Virus record (IMG/VR): IMGVR_UViG_3300027969_000080
Span: 1-64,000 of that record
Origin: an uncultured virus (IMG/VR IMGVR_UViG_3300027969_000080)
Lineage: Duplodnaviria > Heunggongvirae > Uroviricota > Caudoviricetes
Direction: 5' to 3' (one strand)
DNA length: 64,000 bases
Positions 1-5,993 of the stretch are shown here, one piece after another. Position 1 is the first letter of the stretch. Every line of letters starts with the position of its first letter. The translations under genes were made by a program, and so were the position numbers. The notes beneath the pieces were generated by a model. The model ran no database searches and had not been told where the DNA came from. It saw only the letters and a program-made list of their open reading frames with translations.

Positions 1-2
1 AT

Positions 3-79
3 GCCCTGGTAGCGCAATTGGTAGAGGCAATGGTCTAAGAAGCCATCAAGTGCGAGTTCGAATCTCGCCTAGGGCACCA
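3..79 (+). tRNA. tRNA-Leu(AAG), short variable arm
   Basis: GCCCTGG/CTAGGGC acceptor, ATGGT-CTAAGAA-GCCAT anticodon arm, GTTCGAATC T-loop, encoded CCA. Confidence 0.85.
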
Positions 80-90
80 AACAAATTTAC

Positions 91-169
91 GCCCCGCTGG
101 ACAAATCTGGCAAAGTCGCTTCTCTCAAAAGGAAGAGTTCTCTCGGTTCGACTCCGAGGCGGGGTACCA
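91..169 (+). tRNA. tRNA-Leu(CAA), short variable arm
   Basis: CTTCT-CTCAAAA-GGAAG anticodon arm, GTTCGACTC, ACCA end. Confidence 0.85.
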
Positions 170-174
170 ATTAT

Positions 175-266
175 GGAGAGTAATGCAGGTGGGATGGTCC
201 GCCGACGAGCCTTGAAAACTCGGTTCTCAGAAATGGGATGGGGTTCGACTCCTCTGCTCTCCGCCA
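175..266 (+). tRNA. tRNA-Ser(TGA), atypical 8/4 cloverleaf
   Basis: GGAGAGTA/TGCTCTCC 8-bp acceptor, 4-bp T-stem, CTTGAAA loop, long variable arm, G73-CCA. Confidence 0.75.
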
Positions 267-268
267 AA

Positions 269-420
269 TTTCAAGCTAGACGATAAGATCGAGTCCCAAA
301 TAATCTAGCACAGTCGGGGTTGGCTGTGTGACACCGCACACGATTATGAGGTAGTCTAAACTCTTTTATGCGAGACAAACTAGTGAGGCTGTGTAACGAC
401 AGATAGCTAGCTGCTTGAAA
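269..420 (+). ncRNA. putative structured ncRNA in tRNA array
   Basis: closing stem TTTCAAGC/GCTTGAAA, internal hairpins GCTAGA/TCTAGC and CACAGTC/GGCTGTG; no ORF; directly follows a tRNA CCA. Confidence 0.5.
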
Positions 421-426
421 ACTTAT

Positions 427-1074
427 TCATGGTTTACGAAACCACCAGAAGCATCCTTGTACAAATAGTTGTGCATTGTATGCTTTTGCTATGTTATCAA
501 CTAATTCAGGATTGACACCTGGAAGCCTTCTTCGTTTTTCTCTGATATCAGGTTGCTCAGAATCGTTTATCCATTCTTCAGATTTATAATCGTGGCCGCA
601 TACTATGCCACCACTGCGAACTTTTGTGCTCCAGTACATGGCATTATCTGCGCCACAATCATCAAAGTATAAATCGCATTGAGTATTAGAAAATACATCA
701 GTCATATTTTTGTTTTCATGTTGAAAATGAATACGGTGTAGGTCAATCTTATCTTTCATGTGTTTAGTATTATGCATGAACCAATCTTCAGTCGTTAATT
801 CTTCTAGCGGGCGATCATGCCAGAATTCAGTAGAACCGTCTGGTAAAGTAGTATGTCCATCTGATATAAAATCTTCTAATACAATGAAGGTTGCATCGGA
901 TCTTATTTTATTCATTAGTACTATACTACCGCCGATGAAACTACCTAGTTCAATAACTACCGGATTAGGCGGTAATGTAGTCACTAAAGCACTAAGAGAT
1001 AATTGTTCATTTGCGCTCATAGCACAAAATGGTACATGTAAGTTATCCCATGTGGCATTTTTAATGTATATCAT
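427..1074 (-). CDS. class I SAM-dependent methyltransferase (Methyltransf_24-like)
   Basis: VIELGSFIGGS motif I and GGIVCGHDY; start moved to MIYIK because the longer ORF overlaps tRNA-Phe. Confidence 0.75.
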   Translation of the reverse strand: MIYIKNATWDNLHVPFCAMSANEQLSLSALVTTLPPNPVVIELGSFIGGSIVLMNKIRSDATFIVLEDFISDGHTTLPDGSTEFWHDRPLEELTTEDWFMHNTKHMKDKIDLHRIHFQHENKNMTDVFSNTQCDLYFDDCGADNAMYWSTKVRSGGIVCGHDYKSEEWINDSEQPDIREKRRRLPGVNPELVDNIAKAYNAQLFVQGCFWWFRKP

Positions 1075-1117
1075 AAATTTATTTATCGTGCAGCTTTGGC
1101 TGTGTGAAAACCTATAA

Positions 1118-1194
1118 GCCATAGTAGCTCCAATCGGTAGAGCAGCGGACTGAAAATTCGTGTGTTGCTGGTTCAAATCCAGCCTATGGCACCA
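1118..1194 (+). tRNA. tRNA-Phe(GAA)
   Basis: CTGAAAA loop, cloverleaf, CCA. Confidence 0.92.
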
Positions 1195-1201
1195 AGTATC
1201 T

Positions 1202-1276
1202 CTCGCTATAGTTCAACGGATAGAACGATTCTCTCCTAAAGAATAGATATAGGTTCAATTCCTATTGGTGAGACCA
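1202..1276 (+). tRNA. tRNA-Arg(CCT)
   Basis: ATTCT-CTCCTAA-AGAAT arm, CCA. Confidence 0.9.
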
Positions 1277-1384
1277 ACATATACATAGTTTATGCACAAT
1301 AAGTATATAGTTACTGTGTAATAAGACAAAAGTATTGACTGGACCTAAACAGACTAAATATTAGTTTGTGAAAGGAACAAAAAT

Positions 1385-1624
1385 ATGGAAGCAATGAACA
1401 AAGGATTCGCCATCGCAGGCGGTTTTCTAAGTAGCGTTTTAGACTTAGGTGTAAAACTTTTAGCGGTAGGTGTTATTCTACAAATCATCTTCGGAGCAGC
1501 AGTACCATTCATCGGATTGGATATTCTTGCTAACGTGATTAAATTCATCACAGCACTTGGTAGCCAAGGCTTAGTTGGATTGGTTGCGATCGGAGTTTTA
1601 GGTTGGTCTTTCAACCGTAAGTAA
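1385..1624 (+). CDS. small hydrophobic membrane protein
   Basis: AGGA RBS, 79 aa, two long hydrophobic segments. Confidence 0.75.
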   Translation: MEAMNKGFAIAGGFLSSVLDLGVKLLAVGVILQIIFGAAVPFIGLDILANVIKFITALGSQGLVGLVAIGVLGWSFNRK

Positions 1625-1646
1625 AACTACGATAACACACTCTCAC

Positions 1647-1673
1647 AAGAACCCGCTAGTCGGGTTTTTGTTT
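1647..1673 (+). terminator. intrinsic terminator
   Basis: AACCCG-CTAGT-CGGGTT hairpin followed by T-run. Confidence 0.7.
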
Positions 1674-1676
1674 GGC

Positions 1677-1705
1677 TTGACAATAATTCAGTTATGTGTT
1701 ATAGT
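1677..1705 (+). promoter_or_regulatory. sigma70-type promoter
   Basis: TTGACA-N17-TATAGT just upstream of tRNA-Arg(CCG). Confidence 0.7.
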
Positions 1706-1712
1706 TATGTAT

Positions 1713-1787
1713 GGGTCGTTAGTGCAATGGATAGCATACAAGTTTCCGATACTTGTGATGCAAGTTCGATTCTTGCACGACTTACCA
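1713..1787 (+). tRNA. tRNA-Arg(CCG)
   Basis: CAAGT-TTCCGAT-ACTTG arm, CCA. Confidence 0.85.
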
Positions 1788-1830
1788 AGAGTAAATAAGA
1801 TTAGTGACAACAACAGAAAAGGAGTTTAGT

Positions 1831-2391
1831 ATGACTGTTCTAGCACTAGATATTTCAGGAGTTCCAAGACAATGGATCTCGCACGATGACGCGATCACAT
1901 ACCACGCAAAAGATGCGGTAGCATGGAGCATGGGTGAAGTTGTGGCTAAGTATCGTGGAGGTTTTCAAAACACCGGAGACCAAAGTTATATCGAAACTAC
2001 CAGTATCATTGCTGTTAAAGGTCACGGATTCAACCCATACAAGCATGCCAATGTAGCATTGACTAACAGGACATTGTTTGGACGGGACCGACAGGTGTGT
2101 GCATACTGTGGTAAACATCACGGTAACTATCATCACTTAAGCAGGGACCATATTGTCCCTAAATTTTTAGGTGGTGAGAACACTTGGATGAATGTTGTTA
2201 CTGCATGTAAAGAATGTAACAGTAAGAAAGGTCATAAGACATTGAAAGAAGCCCGCATGGAACTTCTGTATGCGCCTTATGTTCCTAATCATTACGAAAA
2301 CATGATTTTACAACATCGTAACATCCTTGCTGACCAGATGGATTACTTGCTATCAGGTGTTCCAAAGCACAGTAGGATTCTACTAAACTAG
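1831..2391 (+). CDS. HNH endonuclease (McrA-like)
   Basis: RDRQVCAYCG, DHIVPK..GG, WMNVVTACKECNSKKG; AGGAG RBS before ATG 1831. Confidence 0.9.
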   Translation: MTVLALDISGVPRQWISHDDAITYHAKDAVAWSMGEVVAKYRGGFQNTGDQSYIETTSIIAVKGHGFNPYKHANVALTNRTLFGRDRQVCAYCGKHHGNYHHLSRDHIVPKFLGGENTWMNVVTACKECNSKKGHKTLKEARMELLYAPYVPNHYENMILQHRNILADQMDYLLSGVPKHSRILLN

Positions 2392-2392
2392 G

Positions 2393-2421
2393 TTGACATA
2401 AAAATCAACCTAGTGTATAAT
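2393..2421 (+). promoter_or_regulatory. sigma70-type promoter
   Basis: TTGACA-N17-TATAAT. Confidence 0.8.
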
Positions 2422-2468
2422 TCATCTAAATAAACATAGTAGTGAGTAACATCACTACTATTAAAATT

Positions 2469-2543
2469 GCCCGATTGGCTCAGGGGTAGAGCAACCGCCT
2501 TGTAAGCGGTAGGTCGTCTGTTCGAATCAGACATTGGGCACCA
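2469..2543 (+). tRNA. tRNA-Thr(TGT)
   Basis: ACCGC-CTTGTAA-GCGGT arm, CCA. Confidence 0.93.
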
Positions 2544-2551
2544 ATTTTTAT

Positions 2552-2627
2552 TCCCCAGTAGCACAGCGGTAGTTGCAGTTGACTGTTAATCAACGTGTCG
2601 GTGGTTCGATCCCATCCTGGGGAGCCA
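2552..2627 (+). tRNA. tRNA-Asn(GTT)
   Basis: GTTGA-CTGTTAA-TCAAC arm, G73-CCA. Confidence 0.93.
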
Positions 2628-2650
2628 AATATCTTTGTTAAGCATTCTGC

Positions 2651-2679
2651 TTGACAATAAATCAATTATCCTCTATAAT
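2651..2679 (+). promoter_or_regulatory. sigma70-type promoter
   Basis: TTGACA-N17-TATAAT. Confidence 0.8.
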
Positions 2680-2700
2680 AGAGACTACTTAGAATTTAAT

Positions 2701-2775
2701 CTGGCGTTAGTTCAACGGATAGAACAGTAGCCTTCTAAGCTATAGATAGAGGTTCGATTCCTCTACGCCGGACCA
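2701..2775 (+). tRNA. tRNA-Arg(TCT)
   Basis: GTAGC-CTTCTAA-GCTAT arm, CCA. Confidence 0.92.
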
Positions 2776-2810
2776 AATGATATAGTTGTAAAAATACAAC
2801 AAGAAAGTAT

Positions 2811-2839
2811 TTGACAATAAATGGATGTGGTGTTATACT
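2811..2839 (+). promoter_or_regulatory. sigma70-type promoter
   Basis: TTGACA-N17-TATACT. Confidence 0.75.
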
Positions 2840-2856
2840 ACATGCATAAGTTGAAA

Positions 2857-2959
2857 ATCTGTTTAAAACACAGTATGACGTAGGTTGATGCTACCGTAAG
2901 GTAGACTGATACAGAGTAAAAGGCTAGTGGAAATCATACATTAAACTAGCTAAACAGGT
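2857..2959 (+). ncRNA. putative promoter-proximal structured RNA
   Basis: closing stem ATCTGTTTA/TAAACAGGT with internal hairpins CTACC-GTAA-GGTAG and GCTAGT/ACTAGC. Confidence 0.4.
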
Positions 2960-2987
2960 TGACAATAAATGGTGCTTATGATATAAT
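2959..2987 (+). promoter_or_regulatory. sigma70-type promoter
   Basis: TTGACA-N17-TATAAT. Confidence 0.8.
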
Positions 2988-3091
2988 CATAGTATGAGTT
3001 GAGAAATCAACAGGTTGTTTCAAAAAGCGAGACACGCTAGCGATAGCAAAAAGTCAAGCAGGAAACATTAAATGAGCAGGTCTCAGCCAAA

Positions 3092-3103
3092 TGTTCTTTA
3101 AAA
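3092..3103 (+). promoter_or_regulatory. boxA-like antitermination site
   Basis: TGTTCTTTAAAA resembles rrn boxA (TGCTCTTTAACA), located between a promoter and a long tRNA run. Confidence 0.5.
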
Positions 3104-3139
3104 TTTTATTTTCGTATAGACCCTGTTTAAGTTACAGGG

Positions 3140-3225
3140 ATCTATATGTAAACATGCTTCAGCGGGATAGACCGTGATGGATAGTTCTGTTTCGTACAGT
3201 ATCCGAAGTGTGTTTTCATATAGAT
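3140..3225 (+). ncRNA. putative ncRNA with long closing stem
   Basis: ATCTATATGTAAACATGCTTC pairs with GAAGTGTGTTTTCATATAGAT. Confidence 0.55.
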
Positions 3226-3229
3226 ATTT

Positions 3230-3305
3230 GCTCAGTTCGTCTAGAGGCCTAGGACAACGCCCTTTCACGGCGTGAACAGGGATTCGAATTCCCTACTGAG
3301 TACCA
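3230..3305 (+). tRNA. tRNA-Glu(TTC)
   Basis: ACGCC-CTTTCAC-GGCGT arm, CCA. Confidence 0.92.
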
Positions 3306-3310
3306 AGTTC

Positions 3311-3394
3311 GGAGACATGGCAGAGTGGTTGATTGCAACAGACTGTAAATCTGTCCTTAATTGCGCGGTGGTTCGAATCCATCTGTCTCCACCA
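3311..3394 (+). tRNA. tRNA-Tyr(GTA)
   Basis: ACAGA-CTGTAAA-TCTGT arm, extended variable region, CCA. Confidence 0.92.
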
Positions 3395-3401
3395 TATAAT
3401 T

Positions 3402-3479
3402 GCTTCGTTAGCATAGCTGGCCTAATGCGCTACCCTGTCACGGTAGAGATCAGGGGTTCAAATCCCCTACGAGGCGCCA
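3402..3479 (+). tRNA. tRNA-Asp(GTC)
   Basis: CTACC-CTGTCAC-GGTAG arm, G73-CCA. Confidence 0.93.
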
Positions 3480-3486
3480 AATTTTT

Positions 3487-3557
3487 GCGCTGGATTGACA
3501 TTGCGAGTTGGATTTGAAGCCAAACGCAGACAGGTTTGATTCCTGTCAGGTGCACCA
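3487..3557 (+). ncRNA. degenerate tRNA-like RNA (no D-stem, G3-U70)
   Basis: imperfect acceptor GCGCTGG/CAGGTGC + ACCA, T-arm ACAGG-TTTGATT-CCTGT, 8-nt central loop. Confidence 0.55.
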
Positions 3558-3560
3558 AGT

Positions 3561-3739
3561 TTTGTAAGTGTAGATGTTGAGAAAGCATGGTGTCGAAAGC
3601 CATGTGAGAGAATGGTACGAGTCCAACAAAATTGCAACGCTCAAGTATCAACTATTACTACGTACCTCTATCCTGTCGGCCGCTTTAAAGAAAATACAGG
3701 TAGAATGGTAGCAATGAGTGAGGTGCTACTACTTACAAA
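3561..3739 (+). ncRNA. putative structured ncRNA in tRNA array
   Basis: closing stem TTTGTAAGT/ACTTACAAA, hairpins CATGG/CCATG and GTAGCA/TGCTAC. Confidence 0.5.
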
Positions 3740-3747
3740 TTAATCAT

Positions 3748-3821
3748 GCGGGGTTCGTAAAATGGCATTACCTTAGCCTTCCAAGCTAAAGTCAGGAGTT
3801 CGATTCTCCTACCCCGCTCCA
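3748..3821 (+). tRNA. tRNA-Gly(TCC)
   Basis: TTAGC-CTTCCAA-GCTAA arm, U73-CCA. Confidence 0.93.
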
Positions 3822-3827
3822 TAATGT

Positions 3828-3856
3828 TTGACATATATCTATCAATGATATATAAT
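3828..3856 (+). promoter_or_regulatory. sigma70-type promoter
   Basis: TTGACA-N17-TATAAT. Confidence 0.75.
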
Positions 3857-3869
3857 AGTGAAATGAAAT

Positions 3870-3954
3870 GCGACTGTGATGAAATAGGTAGACATAGTAG
3901 ACTTAAAATCTACCGCCGAAAGGTGTACCGGTTCGATTCCGGTCAGTCGTACCA
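3870..3954 (+). tRNA. tRNA-Leu(TAA)
   Basis: GTAGA-CTTAAAA-TCTAC arm, long variable arm, CCA. Confidence 0.93.
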
Positions 3955-4110
3955 TAATATAGTGTATTCTTGTCAAAATGTTATAGGGATATAGCCTACC
4001 CTATATATAAAAGAAAGTGCTGCATATATAGATTACTTTGAATAATCTATGAACGAGGATGCACCACAAGGTACGGTGTTATGACATACACTGGGAGTAT
4101 ACTATATTAT
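3954..4110 (+). ncRNA. putative ncRNA with long closing stem
   Basis: ATAATATAGTGTATTCT pairs with GGAGTATACTATATTAT; internal hairpins TATAGGG/CCCTATA and ATAGATTA/TAATCTAT. Confidence 0.55.
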
Positions 4111-4117
4111 GGTAATT

Positions 4118-4194
4118 GCCTTCATAGCACAATTGGTTAGTGCAAACGACTCATAATCGTTAGGTTACTGGTTCGAGTCCAGTTGAAGGCACCA
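4118..4194 (+). tRNA. tRNA-Met/Ile2(CAT)
   Basis: AACGA-CTCATAA-TCGTT arm; elongator Met versus Ile2 not resolved. Confidence 0.88.
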
Positions 4195-4255
4195 GATATT
4201 ACGGAGAGTGACAGTTTATGCAACTGTAGCATAAATACATTCATAGGAGATTGAC

Positions 4256-4699
4256 ATGAATGTAAATGAAAAAGGTACTGTAGGTCTGATTGAGGTTATC
4301 AGAGACCTAACAAAAAAAGGATATGAGTGTTTTACCCCAATTCACGACTATAGCAAAGTAGATTTGATTGCGATGGCTAATTCTTGGGAAACATTTAAGA
4401 TTCAAGTAAAGTATCGGACTACTTTTAGGAATAGAATAGAAGTAGGTTTTAACTCAGTAGTCAATGGGAAAAAAGTCCCGATGGATTTGACTGCAATTGA
4501 CGGGTGGGCAATTTATTGTCCCGAGTTAGATAAAGTCGTTTATGTTCACAAGAGTGAAGTAAACATAGAATTAGGTGGCTTTAGTTTTAGATTAGAGCCG
4601 GGAAAAAACACATTCAATACTAGCGACGGTAAGACTAGATTGAAATTGTTTGATGAATACGGAGATGTGGCCGAGTGGTCTAAGGCAGCAGGTTGCTAA
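4256..4699 (+). CDS. PD-(D/E)XK endonuclease (group I intron-associated type); 3' end overlaps tRNA-Ser
   Basis: KGTVG..E, KVDLIA, KIQVKYR motifs; AGGAG RBS. Confidence 0.8.
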   Translation: MNVNEKGTVGLIEVIRDLTKKGYECFTPIHDYSKVDLIAMANSWETFKIQVKYRTTFRNRIEVGFNSVVNGKKVPMDLTAIDGWAIYCPELDKVVYVHKSEVNIELGGFSFRLEPGKNTFNTSDGKTRLKLFDEYGDVAEWSKAAGC

Positions 4700-4752
4700 C
4701 CTGTCGTGTCAAGTAATTGGCACCGTGAGTTCAAATCTCACCGTCTCCGCCA
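4661..4752 (+). tRNA. tRNA-Ser(GCT)
   Basis: CAGG-TTGCTAA-CCTG arm, long variable arm, G73-CCA. Confidence 0.92.
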
Positions 4753-4774
4753 AAGATTTTTAACAAGGAAAAAT

Positions 4775-4936
4775 ATGAAACCAAACAAGACTTTTAAAAT
4801 GAGTAAGTCATTCAAACGATTGACTAGGACACTACCATTCAATACTGGTGATCAACGACATGCATTCAAGCGAATGATGATTGATGCTCAATTGATGGGT
4901 GGAGTACGCCCGGCTAGAGAAAAGTCAGAGAAATAA
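4775..4936 (+). CDS. small basic hypothetical protein
   Basis: AAGGA RBS, MKPNKTFKMSK..., fills the gap between two tRNAs. Confidence 0.65.
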   Translation: MKPNKTFKMSKSFKRLTRTLPFNTGDQRHAFKRMMIDAQLMGGVRPAREKSEK

Positions 4937-4939
4937 TAT

Positions 4940-5017
4940 GTAGGGATGGCGGAGCGGCCCAACGCAACTGTCTGCAAAACAGTAACACCGCGAGTTCAAA
5001 TCTCGCTCCCTACTCCA
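4940..5017 (+). tRNA. tRNA-Cys(GCA)
   Basis: ACTGT-CTGCAAA-ACAGT arm, U73-CCA. Confidence 0.92.
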
Positions 5018-5025
5018 AGTAAAGG

Positions 5026-5054
5026 TTGACAACAAACCTAAATTGTTGTATAAT
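5026..5054 (+). promoter_or_regulatory. sigma70-type promoter containing ACAACAA-N7-TTGTTGT palindrome
   Basis: TTGACA-N17-TATAAT; palindrome at 5029-5049. Confidence 0.8.
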
Positions 5055-5081
5055 AAATTTTTTAACGAAAGAGGTAATGAC

Positions 5082-5145
5082 ATGAAACGTTCAATGAAAC
5101 GATAGTGTCATTCTTAAACCCCATGTATTGGTTTAGGGATGGCAC
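5082..5145 (+). other. 7-codon micro-ORF (MKRSMKR) followed by a 16-bp hairpin
   Basis: GAGGT RBS, ATG..TAG at 5082-5105, GTGTCATTCTTAAACC/GGTTTAGGGATGGCAC stem starting at the last base of the stop codon. Confidence 0.5.
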
Positions 5146-5172
5146 ATTAAAGACAAATTTAATACTGCTTGT

Positions 5173-5247
5173 CCCTTCAAGATGTTACGGTAGCATAGCG
5201 GACTCTTAATCCGACAAGACTCAGTTCAATTCTGAGTGGAGGGACCA
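5173..5247 (+). tRNA. tRNA-Lys(CTT)
   Basis: CGGA-CTCTTAA-TCCG arm, CCA; A at position 8. Confidence 0.85.
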
Positions 5248-5253
5248 ATATAT

Positions 5254-5329
5254 GGGGTTATGGTGAAACGGTTATCACAGCAGACTTTTAATCTGCCAGT
5301 TCCGAGTTCGAATCTCGGTGGCCCTACCA
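5254..5329 (+). tRNA. tRNA-Lys(TTT)
   Basis: GCAGA-CTTTTAA-TCTGC arm, CCA. Confidence 0.93.
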
Positions 5330-5442
5330 TATAAGAACACATTCAACGGCAAACAGGATACCTGGCAACTGGACGCAGGGGCTATCCCAAAGATGTAGGG
5401 CACTACCACCGTAAAGTCAGGAAATGAGTGTGTTCCTATATG
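5330..5442 (+). ncRNA. putative ncRNA with long closing stem
   Basis: TATAAGAACACATTCA pairs with TGAGTGTGTTCCTATA. Confidence 0.55.
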
Positions 5443-5462
5443 ATGACTAAATAAAGAATAAT

Positions 5463-5552
5463 GGAAGATTGGTCGAGTGGTTTATGGCTCTAGTCTTGAA
5501 AACTAGCGAATCTTAAAAGGTTCCGTGAGTTCGAATCTCACATCTTCCTCCA
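5463..5552 (+). tRNA. tRNA-Ser(TGA)
   Basis: CTAGT-CTTGAAA-ACTAG arm, long variable arm, U73-CCA. Confidence 0.9.
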
Positions 5553-5557
5553 AGTTA

Positions 5558-5619
5558 AGGATCGGTTCAGCAAATTTTATACATTTGACTTTTAATCAAA
5601 ACCGTAAAAAACGATCCTG
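5558..5619 (+). ncRNA. CAGCAA-family RNA 1 (carries a tRNA-Lys anticodon loop)
   Basis: AGGATCG/CGATCCT stem, GTTCAGCAA, internal TTTGA-CTTTTAA-TCAAA hairpin. Confidence 0.7.
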
Positions 5620-5623
5620 TTAT

Positions 5624-5698
5624 ATCTCCCTGGTGTTAGCGGCAGCACATCGGTCTCCAAAACCGCAAGGCAAGGTTCAAATCCTTGGGGGGATGCCA
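5624..5698 (+). tRNA. tRNA-Trp(CCA)
   Basis: CGGT-CTCCAAA-ACCG arm, G73-CCA. Confidence 0.9.
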
Positions 5699-5708
5699 AA
5701 GAATAAAT

Positions 5709-5793
5709 GCCCTGGTGGCGAAATTGGTAGACGCACCAGATTTAGGTTCTGACGCCGAAAGGCGTGTCGGTTCGAGTCCGACCTAGGGCACCA
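5709..5793 (+). tRNA. tRNA-Leu(TAG)
   Basis: CAGA-TTTAGGT-TCTG arm, long variable arm, CCA. Confidence 0.92.
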
Positions 5794-5849
5794 CAAAAAC
5801 TCGCCTTGACTGATGGCGTATAATGAGATAAGTAATCAGTCACGAATTC

Positions 5850-5923
5850 GGGGGATTAGTATAATGGGATTACGGCAGCTTTGCAAGCTGTTTATGAGAG
5901 TTCGATTCTCTCATCCTCCACCA
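5850..5923 (+). tRNA. tRNA-Ala(TGC)
   Basis: G3-U70, GCAGC-TTTGCAA-GCTGT arm, CCA. Confidence 0.93.
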
Positions 5924-5928
5924 AGTTA

Positions 5929-5987
5929 AGGATGCTTCCAGCAAATAAAACAAACTTTTATTATCAAAAAAGCAAAACAGCATCCTG
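5929..5987 (+). ncRNA. CAGCAA-family RNA 2
   Basis: AGGATGC/GCATCCT stem, TTCCAGCAA, internal CTTTT/AAAAG hairpin. Confidence 0.7.
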
Positions 5988-5993
5988 TTAAAT

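Noticed and set aside
46..286. ORFs 46..267, 50..286 and others overlapping tRNAs (2480, 3272, 3430, 5525)
   Set aside because: Shadow ORFs of tRNA genes with no RBS or protein motifs.
3487..3739. Full-length or two-piece tmRNA
   Set aside because: No tag reading frame with a resume motif could be identified; only a tRNA-like domain is visible.
4200..4752. Group I intron within a tRNA
   Set aside because: The downstream tRNA-Ser is complete on its own and only about 50 nt of non-coding sequence flank the ORF, too little for a ribozyme core.
5808..5830. Hammerhead ribozyme or sigma70 promoter at CTGATGGCG
   Set aside because: It lacks the CUGAUGA/GAAA core, and the TTGACT-TATAAT spacing is only 7 nt.
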